A stretch of DNA of 49,592 nucleotides from an uncultured Treponemataceae bacterium (GTDB taxonomy: Bacteria > Spirochaetota > Spirochaetia > Treponematales > Rectinemataceae). The stretch covers positions 1-49,592 of the forward strand of contig CAYPHO010000001.1 in NCBI GenBank assembly GCA_964410245.1, read 5' to 3'. A program made the translations under genes and the position numbers. Below are positions 23,553-32,348 of this stretch, in pieces. Each line of letters begins with the position of its first letter. Within the stretch, counting starts at the first letter, position 1. The notes under the pieces are model-generated. The model saw nothing but the letters and a program-made list of their open reading frames with translations, searched no databases and was not told the DNA's origin.

Positions 23553-24755
23553 ATGAGCGCCTTTATCCGTAAGGCCGCGCTCCCGTGGGCGGGAGCCGCC
23601 GCCCTGGCCATGGCGGCCTGCCTCTCCTTCGCCTTCACGCGCCAGGGCACGATCGGCCTCTTCCAATGGCAGGCCGACTGGCGCGGGATCCTGATCGGCC
23701 TGGGAGTCCTGGGCCTCCTGCCGCTCGCCTTGGCCCTGGCGGTAATCCGCGTTATCCGCGATCGGGCGCGGAAGGCGGGGACCGTCCTGGCGTGGATCGC
23801 GTCCGCGCTGGGAACCCTCGCCTTGGCCGCCGCCCTCGGCGTCCTCGGCTATATCACGGGAACCTCGCGGAGCTTCGAGGGCCCCGTGCCTCCGATAGTC
23901 CTCGTCGATCCTCGCGCCGGCATCGAGCCCTCGAAGGGCTCGGTCAGGCTCTCGCTCGGATCGGACGCCCACTGGGACGCCGAGACCGCGAACGCCCCCG
24001 CCCGCTCGGCGATCCTAAAGAGCGTCTCCGCCTCGGTGCCTCGGCGCGACGCGCTCTTCCTGCTCGGGGATACGGTCGAGCGCGGCATGGACGGAGCGCC
24101 CTGGCACGACGCGATCGCCGAGATGTCCGCGGTCTTGGGCGATATGCCCATCCGCCCGATCATGGGCAACCACGACGCGGTCATCGACGGCGAATACCAT
24201 TACAAGCGCTACTTCATGCCCGAAGGAATGGAAACGGACTCGGGCAGTCCCTACTACTACTCGATGAGCGCGGGGCCCGCGACGATCATCGTCCTCAATC
24301 TCCTATGGGGAGCTGAAAGTTTCAGCCGCGCCCAGGCCGACTGGCTCGAAAGCGCGCTGTCCGCCCTGCCCCGCGGCAGGCAGGTAATCGTAGTATCGCA
24401 TTGCTTCTTCTACGCCTCGGGCTACGTATCGAGCGGGATGCCCTGGTACGACCACTTCGGCACCATCAAGGAAGTCGCGCCCATACTGGAGCGGCACGGC
24501 GTCGACCTCGTGGTCTCGGGACACAATCACTACCTCGAGCTCTTGCGGAAGAACGGCGTGACCTACGCGGTCGTCGGGGCGATGGGGGGAAAGCCGGACC
24601 CGGCGCCGACCTACGCCTCGCCCGCCTCGCTTTGGATCGAGCAAGGGACTTTCGGATACCTCGACCTGGACATCGACGAGTCCGGCATCGCGATGACCTT
24701 CCGAGACCAGGGAGGAAGGGCGCTGCGCGAGGAGTTCATCCCGGCCGCGAAGTAG
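23553..24755 (+). CDS. Membrane-anchored calcineurin-like metallophosphoesterase
   Basis: This is the last 400 codons of ORF 21609..24755, with its ATG 8 nt after the upstream stop. About four N-terminal TM segments are followed by GDTVERG, GNHD and SGHNH motifs. Confidence 0.75.
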   Translation: MSAFIRKAALPWAGAAALAMAACLSFAFTRQGTIGLFQWQADWRGILIGLGVLGLLPLALALAVIRVIRDRARKAGTVLAWIASALGTLALAAALGVLGYITGTSRSFEGPVPPIVLVDPRAGIEPSKGSVRLSLGSDAHWDAETANAPARSAILKSVSASVPRRDALFLLGDTVERGMDGAPWHDAIAEMSAVLGDMPIRPIMGNHDAVIDGEYHYKRYFMPEGMETDSGSPYYYSMSAGPATIIVLNLLWGAESFSRAQADWLESALSALPRGRQVIVVSHCFFYASGYVSSGMPWYDHFGTIKEVAPILERHGVDLVVSGHNHYLELLRKNGVTYAVVGAMGGKPDPAPTYASPASLWIEQGTFGYLDLDIDESGIAMTFRDQGGRALREEFIPAAK

Positions 24756-24776
24756 GCGCCGGCCCGCTCGGGCCTC

Positions 24777-25418
24777 TCAGAAGCCCAGGCTCTCTCCCGC
24801 GATATAGACCGAGAAGTCCGACATTAAGGGCTTACGCCTGAGTATCTGATAAGCGCGGCAAATGCGCGCCTCGCCCTTGCAGTCCTCGCAGGTGCCCGTC
24901 TTCAGGCAGGGATTCGGCTTCTCGAAGCGCTTGTTGTTCATGGGCGAGGCTATAGTCTCGATGCGGGCGAGGGCCTCGTCGATATCGCGCGCGACCTTGT
25001 TGGCCCCGACGACGACGACCGTTTTCTTGGGGCCGAAGGCCAGGGCGGCGACGCGGTTGCCGTTCCCGTCGACGTTGACGATGTCGCCGTCGAGGGTCAC
25101 CGCGTTGGACCCGGAGAGGAAGAGGTCGCAGGTCAGCTGGGCGCGCATGATCTCCAGCTTCCGCCCCGTATCCAGGCCCGGCGCGTTATGGTCGAGGACG
25201 AGGCCCCCCAGGGCCTTGACCGTCTCGGGCAGGCCCAGGGCCTGGAGCGTCATGGATCCGCCGAAGCCGACCTTCATGCCCCGCCTGACCAGGGAGGCGA
25301 CGCGCTCGGCGGCCTCGGCCCCGGTCGGGACGTAATGCGCGTCGAAGCCCGAGCGCCTCAGGGCTTCGCAGGCTTCCTTGCCGATCGTCTCAAGACGCCA
25401 TGCCTCGATTGGGATCAT
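24777..25418 (-). CDS. LUD-domain (LutC/YkgG-like) protein with a C-terminal Cys cluster
   Basis: A 213-aa ORF with GFGGSMTL...FLSGSNAVTLDG.IVNVDGNGNRV...VVVGANK and C-terminal CLKTGTCEDCKGEARIC. Confidence 0.65.
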   Translation of the reverse strand: MIPIEAWRLETIGKEACEALRRSGFDAHYVPTGAEAAERVASLVRRGMKVGFGGSMTLQALGLPETVKALGGLVLDHNAPGLDTGRKLEIMRAQLTCDLFLSGSNAVTLDGDIVNVDGNGNRVAALAFGPKKTVVVVGANKVARDIDEALARIETIASPMNNKRFEKPNPCLKTGTCEDCKGEARICRAYQILRRKPLMSDFSVYIAGESLGF

Positions 25419-25538
25419 GCTCGCCCCCTTGGCCGTAAATCATAGGCCGCGAAAGTATCGATGTAAAGACTCGATAGCGGCGACGATCCGGGCCCGTCGC
25501 GGGTAATACCGAGCCCCGGACGCGCCGACAATTATGGC

Positions 25539-27080
25539 GTGAGGCGAGCTTCCGCGATCGCGGCCCTGTTCCTGCTCGGAGCGGGCTTCCTCCCGGCGCA
25601 GGGCTCGCCCTCGCCCCTCTCGATCCTGCCCGGCGACCTCCGCATCGAGGCCCGCGAGGACGGGGGCTACGATCTGTACATCCGCAAGAAGCCGGGCATA
25701 GGCTCGGTCCTCCTCACCGAGTCCACCAAGGACCCCGCGATGAAGGCCGACAACTACGCGTACCGGGCCGCCGAGTACAATCCGGTAAACGGGGACGAGA
25801 GGCGCATGCTCGACGGCAAGCTCCTGCCCGCTTCCGGCGGACTCTACTCCCTCATCTCCTCGACGGGCCGCACCGATCCCGAGCTGGGAGAGGCCTTCCG
25901 CGTCCTCATACCGCCCGTCCTCGTCTACGGCTATCCCTGGAGCCGCTCGGGAACGGTCGCGGTGGGCATGGGCACCTACATCAATATCCGGGCCTTCGCC
26001 AAGCCCTACGCCGACTACTCGGGAGCCTTCCTCGACAATCCCTACCAGATTTCCATGCGCTCGATCCCGATAGCGAGCGCGCCTCCCGCCGAGGCGGAGC
26101 GCCAGGAGCCCGGGATCGAGGCCGAGGCGGACGACACCTCGAGCAGGATCGCCGCCCTCATCCCGACGGCGGGCAGGAGCCTCGACCTGGTGATCTGCCT
26201 CGATACCACCGATAGCATGAAGCCCTATATCGACGAGGTAAAGCGCAGCCTCTCGCCCTTGGTGCGGCGGAGGACCGAGGGCTTCGAGTCCTTCCGCATC
26301 GGCGTCGTGCTGTACCGCGACTACTGGCCCGACGACTACATCACGCTGAAGATGCCCTTCACTTCCGACATCGAGGCCTTCGACCGCTTCGTCGGGGGCG
26401 TTACCGTCTTCGGGGGCATGGACATCCCCGAGGCCGTCTACGAGGCCGTCCATTCGGCGGCGACCGAGTTCGATTGGAAGGCGGACGTCCGGCAGATCAT
26501 CATCCTCGGCGACGCGCCGCCCCATCTCGCGCCGAAGGGCAAGATCGGCTTCGCCCAGGCGGCGGCCGAGGCCGCGTCCCGGCGCATCGCCGTCGACGCC
26601 CTCATCGAGCCCGTGGACTTCCCGAAGGGCGCCTCGGCCGCCGCGCTGAAGGCCGCCTCCGAGGCCGGCCCGGCCTCGCGGTACGCGAACGCGTCCAGGG
26701 TCCTCGCCTTCGCGGTCGCCGGCGGCGCTTCCTGCCGCGTCATCGCGATGTCCGGCGACGAGGCCGAGCTGAAAGCGCTCGCGGCCGAATTGCCCTCCGA
26801 GCTTCCAGCCGATCCCCTCCTGTCCTTCATGGGCGCCCGGCGCCTTAAGGCCGGCTCTTCGAGGGCCGAGGCGATCGCGGCGGCCAAGGCCGCGGGCGCT
26901 ACGCACCTGGCCCTCGCGACGGCCTCGTCCTACCCGGCCGGCGGCGATGCGTTGCGCGAAATCAAAACCGTCCTGATCGAAGTGGCGACGGGCCGGATCG
27001 CCGCGACGGATACGGCCTTCTCGACGCTGTCCTCGACGGGGAGGTCGTCGCTGTTCCGGAACGGCAAGCGGGTCAAGTGA
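25539..27080 (+). CDS. Secreted von Willebrand factor A (VWA) domain protein with an unassigned ~190-aa N-terminal domain
   Basis: A 513-aa ORF with GTG start and a signal peptide ending FLPAQG. The MIDAS-like motif is DLVICLDTTDSM, with downstream GGMDIPEAVYEA and IIILGDAPPH. Confidence 0.7.
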   Translation: MRRASAIAALFLLGAGFLPAQGSPSPLSILPGDLRIEAREDGGYDLYIRKKPGIGSVLLTESTKDPAMKADNYAYRAAEYNPVNGDERRMLDGKLLPASGGLYSLISSTGRTDPELGEAFRVLIPPVLVYGYPWSRSGTVAVGMGTYINIRAFAKPYADYSGAFLDNPYQISMRSIPIASAPPAEAERQEPGIEAEADDTSSRIAALIPTAGRSLDLVICLDTTDSMKPYIDEVKRSLSPLVRRRTEGFESFRIGVVLYRDYWPDDYITLKMPFTSDIEAFDRFVGGVTVFGGMDIPEAVYEAVHSAATEFDWKADVRQIIILGDAPPHLAPKGKIGFAQAAAEAASRRIAVDALIEPVDFPKGASAAALKAASEAGPASRYANASRVLAFAVAGGASCRVIAMSGDEAELKALAAELPSELPADPLLSFMGARRLKAGSSRAEAIAAAKAAGATHLALATASSYPAGGDALREIKTVLIEVATGRIAATDTAFSTLSSTGRSSLFRNGKRVK

Positions 27081-27834
27081 CGAGCGCGCCTGGGACGCGG
27101 TCGATGAGCGATCGCGCCGCGAAGGGCCCTCGCGGCCGCGCTTCCGCGCGCTCGCGCGCCTCTCGGAAGCGCGAGATGAACTCGGAGCGGGGCACGACCT
27201 CGGCCCCCAGCGTCTCTTTATAATCGAGCGGCATGCCGAGGTCCCAGAGCGCGACGCCCGCCAGCTCGAGGTAGCGCGCGGTAGCGGCCAGCTGGACCGT
27301 GCCCGCGCCCGCCTCGCGCCTGAAGCCGGTCAGGCTGGTGTACGCGGCGCCGGCGAAGACTCCGATCTCGCCGGCGGCGAGGCGGCCCTCGGCGTAGAGC
27401 TCCATCGACGAGAACCTGACGGCCCTGGAATCCCGCGTCGAGAAGAGCTCCTTCCAGGCGGCCACCAGGGACGGCCTCAGCCAGCCGTCGCCGTGCGTCT
27501 CCACGCAGGCGTCCAGGGTCTCATCGAAGCGCTCGTCCAGCCTGAGCTCGTAGCGCGGGCTTTGCCGGCGCGCCGTCCTGGTCACGACCGCCTCGCGCGG
27601 CCTCATGACGCTGCGCTCGACGTGCATCTTGGGAATTAGGTACTCGGCCTCATCCCCGTCGCGCGTCGCCATGGGGATGAAGCCGGCCCTGCAGAGCGCG
27701 TCCACGAAATCGGCGTCGAAGGAGGAGCTCGCCAGGAACTCGTCGGGATATGCGTCCTCCATCCAGTCGGCGAGCGCGTCGCAGTCCTCGGGAGGCATGA
27801 CGAAGGGAATGCGCCCTTCCGCGTACCACAGCAT
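27073..27834 (-). CDS. Leucyl/phenylalanyl-tRNA-protein transferase-like protein (Aat fold, divergent)
   Basis: This is the last 253 codons of ORF 27073..29166 (ATG 27832-27834). By eye it aligns segment by segment with E. coli Aat: CRAGFIPM vs YQRGIFPW; SMELYAEGRLAAGEIGVFAGAAY vs IEVW..ELVGGMYGV; LWDLGMP..ETLGAEVVPRSEFISRF vs LIDCQ...SLGACEIPRRDYLNYL. Confidence 0.5.
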   Translation of the reverse strand: MLWYAEGRIPFVMPPEDCDALADWMEDAYPDEFLASSSFDADFVDALCRAGFIPMATRDGDEAEYLIPKMHVERSVMRPREAVVTRTARRQSPRYELRLDERFDETLDACVETHGDGWLRPSLVAAWKELFSTRDSRAVRFSSMELYAEGRLAAGEIGVFAGAAYTSLTGFRREAGAGTVQLAATARYLELAGVALWDLGMPLDYKETLGAEVVPRSEFISRFREARERAEARPRGPFAARSLIDRVPGALVT

Positions 27835-27863
27835 TATGCTTCGAGTATAGCGCAGGGAATCCG

Positions 27864-29216
27864 CTAGTCGCCTACGGACGCGCGCATGAAGAGCGAGAGC
27901 GCGGGCGGGGGGAAGGCTTTCGCGGCGAATGCCCCGCCGACGCCGAAGTCGAGGGCGATCCTCTCGCCCGAGTCCTCGCCTATCGCGATATCGAGGAGCC
28001 TGAGGCCGGCGTAGGCCTTCGCGAGGAATCCGGCCGAGGATCGGATGAGCTCGCTTCGCTCGAGGTCGGCGTAGGCCAGGTTGTCCTGCCGTACTCCAGC
28101 GGCCAGCCCGGCGAAGGGCGCGAGCCGCAGGAAGGAGTCTCGGCCGGCGGCGAAGACTTCCGCCGCGAGGCATATCTCCTGGTAGTGCGGCCATCCCAGC
28201 TCGTCCCAGAGGAACCTCGTCGCTCCGGACACGGCCTCGACGCCCGCGTGGATCTCGACGCCAGGATCGAAAATAACGAAGCGCGAGGTCGCGAGCGCGG
28301 ACTCGAGCAGGGAGGTCCCGACCGAAAGCTCCCGGCGCGGGGCCCCGCCCCCGGCCGCGCCGTCCCCGCCGAAGCGGAGGGCGATCGTGGCCATGGCGAA
28401 ATTCGTATTGAGGTTGACGGCGCTTTCGAGCGAGAGGAATCCCGTGCTCGCGGCCGCGACCAGCCAGGAGCCCTCCTCGTACTCCGCGGCGAGGGCATCG
28501 TTGCGGTCGAAGCCGCCGACGCGGTCCTGCCTCGACAGGCCGATGCTGTCGATCGATGCGCCGTCGCGCCGCGAGACGAGGAAGGCTATCGAGCTTTCGA
28601 GGCCGCCCGAGCCCAGGACGAGCTCGCGCATCGCGATCGCGGCCTCGACGGGAAAATCTCCGCGAAGGGCTAGATCGGCCGTCGCGTAGGCGAAGGGGCG
28701 GAAAGAGGCGCCGGCCTGGACCGTCGGGAATGGCCGCGAGACGTCGAGGAAGGCGTGCCAATACTCCTGCGTCGCCTGGAAGCCGAAGTCGCCCCAGGCG
28801 CGGAAGCCGGCCCCGGCGCCGAAGCGCGCGCTCGCGAAGCCGGCGCCGAGCTCGGGGCCCAGCCACGCGGCGCTCAGCGACAGCTCGTCGGATCGCGTCG
28901 CTAAGGCGGGATCGTCGCCGCGGAAGGTGAATCCGTCGTAGGACAGGGCGACCGCGCAATCGCGGAAAGAGGCGTAGCCCCGGAGCCCGAAGCTCCGCAT
29001 GTCGTCGGTCTCGATCCTGTCCCAGGTCGTCCCGGTCGAATCGTTGATCGTCTCGATCGACCAAGCCGGCTCCTCGTACGAGAAGCGATCGACGGGGACG
29101 ACGCCCGCGCTCTCGAGGGCGGCGAGGGGGACGGCGGCGACCGCGAGCGCGATGGCCGCCAGGCAAGGACGGGAAACGATCCCGATCGCGCCGCTCCGGC
29201 TTAAGCTCATGCCCAT
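27864..29216 (-). CDS. Secreted hypothetical protein, Gly/Ala/Phe-rich, possibly a beta-barrel
   Basis: A 450-aa ORF with a signal peptide (CLAAIALAVAAVPLAALES). It has alternating-hydrophobic stretches and many G-F/A-F pairs. I recognise no family. Stop is TAG. Confidence 0.5.
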   Translation of the reverse strand: MGMSLSRSGAIGIVSRPCLAAIALAVAAVPLAALESAGVVPVDRFSYEEPAWSIETINDSTGTTWDRIETDDMRSFGLRGYASFRDCAVALSYDGFTFRGDDPALATRSDELSLSAAWLGPELGAGFASARFGAGAGFRAWGDFGFQATQEYWHAFLDVSRPFPTVQAGASFRPFAYATADLALRGDFPVEAAIAMRELVLGSGGLESSIAFLVSRRDGASIDSIGLSRQDRVGGFDRNDALAAEYEEGSWLVAAASTGFLSLESAVNLNTNFAMATIALRFGGDGAAGGGAPRRELSVGTSLLESALATSRFVIFDPGVEIHAGVEAVSGATRFLWDELGWPHYQEICLAAEVFAAGRDSFLRLAPFAGLAAGVRQDNLAYADLERSELIRSSAGFLAKAYAGLRLLDIAIGEDSGERIALDFGVGGAFAAKAFPPPALSLFMRASVGD

Positions 29217-29226
29217 CGCGCGCCGC

Positions 29227-29874
29227 CTAGCCTAGGAAGGCCCGCTTGAATCCGGCCCAGAGGAAGCTGAGCGCGAAGAAGCACAGGAGGGCGGCGCAGA
29301 TCCCGATTAATACCCGATAACGCGGCGTGTTCAGGAACTTGCGCCCCCTCGATACGCCGAAGGACACGAGGCTGTACCATAGATAGTCCCCGGAGATGTG
29401 GCCGAGGTAGAAGGCCGCCCCGCCCGCGAGCCCGTAAGCCATGGACTTCTGCATGAGGCCCAGGCCGATCGTCACCCACCAGATCGTCCAGTAGGGATTC
29501 GAGAGGCTAAGGACGATGCCCGAAACGAGGATGCGGCCGTATCTCTTCCCGTCGTCGCGAAGGTCGAACTCGAGCTTGGGGAGTGAGAGGAACATCGAGC
29601 CGCCCATCCAAAGCATGATTGCCCCGCCCGCGAGGGCCGTGACGACGAACACCGGATCGAGCGAGAGGAATGGGCCGAGTCCCAGGCCGATCGCGACGAC
29701 CAGGCCCAGCTCGAGGATAGAGTGCCCCGTTATGAAGAGCGGGCCGGCGACGGCGCCGCGCCTCGTGCTCTCGCTGACGACGGCGGTGAATACGGGGCCG
29801 GGCATGACCGCGCCGGAGAAGGCGATCGCCAGCGAGGCGAGGAAGACCGAGGCGAGGCCGAGGGCGGCGCTCAT
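29227..29874 (-). CDS. LysE-family amino-acid exporter
   Basis: A 215-aa, six-TM protein. It has the N-terminal ...SGAVMPGPVFTAVV motif and SNPYWTIWW. Confidence 0.8.
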   Translation of the reverse strand: MSAALGLASVFLASLAIAFSGAVMPGPVFTAVVSESTRRGAVAGPLFITGHSILELGLVVAIGLGLGPFLSLDPVFVVTALAGGAIMLWMGGSMFLSLPKLEFDLRDDGKRYGRILVSGIVLSLSNPYWTIWWVTIGLGLMQKSMAYGLAGGAAFYLGHISGDYLWYSLVSFGVSRGRKFLNTPRYRVLIGICAALLCFFALSFLWAGFKRAFLG

Positions 29875-31196
29875 GGGCGGGCGGCCCCGCCCTCGTCGGC
29901 GGCATCGAAGAGGCCGCCCTCGACAGCCGCGTCGTCGCCGCCCGAGTCCGTCAACAGCGAGGCGACCGAGGATTCGGGCAGGGCCTCGACATGGCGCAGC
30001 TTCGACTGGATGGTCCTGGTCTTCGTGCTCGCGCTGTCGATCGTATCGCCGGCCTCCTGGATCTTCTTCTTCGTCTTCTCCAAGAGGTCGCCGAACTTGC
30101 CGAACTCGGTCTTTACCGCGCCCAGGATCTGCCAGACCTCGCTCGACCGCTTCTCGATCGCCAAGGTGCGGAAACCCATCTGCAGGCTGTTGATGAAGGC
30201 CGCGAGGGTCGTAGGCCCGGCTACGTTGACGCGGTAGTCCTTCTGCAGGGACTCGATAAAGCCGGGCCGGCGCAGGCTCTCGGCATAAAGACTTTCGGAG
30301 GGAAGGAACATGATGCCGAAGTCCGTCGTAGCCGGAGGGTTCAGGTACTTGTCGCGGATATCCTTCGCGCTGGACTTAAGGCGCGCGAGCAGGGCCTTCG
30401 AGGCCTCCTCGGCGGCTAGTGCGTCGCCCAGCTCCTGCGCGGCGAGGAGGCGCTCGTAGTCCTCCTTGGGGAACTTCGCGTCGATGGGCAGGAGGACGCG
30501 GTCGCCGTCCTTCTCGCCCCGCCCCGGCAGGATGATCGCGAACTCGACGCGCTCTGCGCTGCCCTTCTTGGTCGCGACGTTCTCAAGGTACTGCGCGGGC
30601 GTAAGGACGTCCTCGATGATCGCCTTCAGCGCGACCTCGCCCCAAGTGCCGCGGCTCTTCACGTTGGTCAGGACGCGCTTCAAGTCCCCTACGCCCGTCG
30701 CCAATCCCTGCATCTCGCCCAGGCCCTTCTGCACTTGCTCGAGCCGCTCGGACACCAGCTTAAAGGACTCGCCCAGCCGAGTCTCCAAGGTCTGGTGTAG
30801 CTTCTCGTCGACGGTGGCGCGCATCTTCTCGAGCTTCTCGGCGTTGTCTTTCTGGATCAGGGCAAGCTTCTGGTCGATGGTCTCGCGCAGCTTGTCGAAT
30901 CTCTGGTCGTTGCCGGAAGTCAGGACGCGGAGCTGCTCGACCAAACTCGATCGGAAGGTCTCAAGAGTCCGTATCGTCTCCTCGCGCCCCTGGAGCTGGG
31001 CCTTCCCGGCCTCCTCGCGATTCAAGGACATCTCCTTGCGCAGGCTTTCGTCGAGGCGGCCCTGGGCGGACTCGATCAGCGCGAGCTTCTCGTCGTAACG
31101 GGCGGGCGAGGCTTTCCTTTGGAGGATGGCCAGGATAAGAAGCGCTATGTTCAGCGCTATGACGAGCGCGATCAAGGCGATCATTGCGACGGTCAT
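29871..31196 (-). CDS. rmuC: DNA recombination protein RmuC
   Basis: A 441-aa ORF with an N-terminal TM helix and a long coiled coil. The C-terminal RmuC nuclease-like domain is (VEFAIILPG...LLPIDAKFP..Y...MFLPSESLY). Its stop overlaps the LysE start (ATGA). Confidence 0.85.
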   Translation of the reverse strand: MTVAMIALIALVIALNIALLILAILQRKASPARYDEKLALIESAQGRLDESLRKEMSLNREEAGKAQLQGREETIRTLETFRSSLVEQLRVLTSGNDQRFDKLRETIDQKLALIQKDNAEKLEKMRATVDEKLHQTLETRLGESFKLVSERLEQVQKGLGEMQGLATGVGDLKRVLTNVKSRGTWGEVALKAIIEDVLTPAQYLENVATKKGSAERVEFAIILPGRGEKDGDRVLLPIDAKFPKEDYERLLAAQELGDALAAEEASKALLARLKSSAKDIRDKYLNPPATTDFGIMFLPSESLYAESLRRPGFIESLQKDYRVNVAGPTTLAAFINSLQMGFRTLAIEKRSSEVWQILGAVKTEFGKFGDLLEKTKKKIQEAGDTIDSASTKTRTIQSKLRHVEALPESSVASLLTDSGGDDAAVEGGLFDAADEGGAARP

Positions 31197-31242
31197 GGGA
31201 TCCTCCGGGGGCGTAACGATTCGCGGCTCGCGGTCCTAGTCC

Positions 31243-32268
31243 TCACTCTTCGTCCAGCCCTTCCATATAGCTTATCCACTTGTCCATGTCTATCGACAGG
31301 CTGCCGAGGAGGGCTTTCCATGCGAGTTTATCCTTCACGGCCTGCTCTTCATCCTTGTTTGCAGGATAGCGCATGATGACGACCGCGAAATAGTCATCCC
31401 GTATCTTGCAGCATGTCGAGATGATGTCTTCGGGCGTCCGGATATCGGCCGCGAACCATGTATTCCCGGACAGGGACGTCGCGACGGGCTTCTCTATCCA
31501 TTCGCTTCCCGAGAACGCCTCCTTGATCTCCCCGAGGAGGCCGAGCTCGTCGATTCCTGAAGGCGATAATCCGATTTCCTCGAGCCGGGTGATCTTGATC
31601 ATGATATTCGCGAAAGGCTCTCCCAAGCGGCCCGAGCCATTGAGGCGCACAAAGAATCCGCCCGGGAATCCGTCGCATTGGACATTGTCGGGATACTCGA
31701 ACGATACGCCCTGATCGTCGTCCGTAAAAGTCCGGACGCCCGTCGCGTCGATGGCGAAAGAAAATCGAATTCCCTCCATTAAGCTCTCCCAAGCGATCCG
31801 CGCTTCGTTTTCGTTGAAGTACGTATCGATGAGGATAAGCCGTCTTCCACGTATCCCCGCGTAGAGCAGTCCCAGGGAGCCGTCATCCTTCGAATACTCC
31901 GCGAAACTCCATTTATCCGGGATATATTTGCTTATATATTTATAATACGGATCACCGATCAGCACGTCGCCGTGCAGATCGGCGAGGAACCGGCTCATCC
32001 CCATCCGTATCGCGCTCTCGTCCTCGGAGGCCGAGTTCTCGATCTTGATCGTAAGGGCCGAGGAAAGGTCAAAGGAGCGGATCTCGACCAGGTCGCCCAG
32101 ATCCTTGAGCCGCCAGGGTTTCGGGTAGGCAAGGGAGTACCCCTCCTGAACGTTCCGATAGATCTTAAAATTATCGGCCGAATCCTGTCCCGAGAGCGGC
32201 GAGAGCGCTAGGAACGCGGCCGCGATGATCGCGGCCGCCGATCCGCGTGTCGTAGAAGCGCTATTCAT
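31243..32268 (-). CDS. Secreted hypothetical protein with two similar halves
   Basis: From ORF 31243..32286, with the start taken at ATG 32266-32268 (MNSASTTRGSAAAIIAAAFLALSPLSGQD). Two internally similar segments begin ...EGYSLAYPKPW... and ...QGVSFEYPDNV.... GC content is visibly lower than in neighbouring genes. No family recognised. Confidence 0.55.
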   Translation of the reverse strand: MNSASTTRGSAAAIIAAAFLALSPLSGQDSADNFKIYRNVQEGYSLAYPKPWRLKDLGDLVEIRSFDLSSALTIKIENSASEDESAIRMGMSRFLADLHGDVLIGDPYYKYISKYIPDKWSFAEYSKDDGSLGLLYAGIRGRRLILIDTYFNENEARIAWESLMEGIRFSFAIDATGVRTFTDDDQGVSFEYPDNVQCDGFPGGFFVRLNGSGRLGEPFANIMIKITRLEEIGLSPSGIDELGLLGEIKEAFSGSEWIEKPVATSLSGNTWFAADIRTPEDIISTCCKIRDDYFAVVIMRYPANKDEEQAVKDKLAWKALLGSLSIDMDKWISYMEGLDEE

Positions 32269-32348
32269 CCTTGCCACCCCGATCAATTCCCGCCCAAGCC
32301 GCCGCCGCGCTTGCGAGAATCGCCTTTCGAGACCATAGTATCGCAGGA

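Noticed and set aside
18330-26906. Other long antisense or out-of-frame ORFs (18330..19775 +, 19782..20648 -, 21388..23220 -, 25440..26906 -, 35718..37166 +, 37592..38641 +)
   Set aside because: They lie antisense to recognisable genes (5'-nucleotidase, malQ, GHL protein, VWA protein, pbpC, A2M) and translate to low-complexity Arg/Gly-rich sequence.
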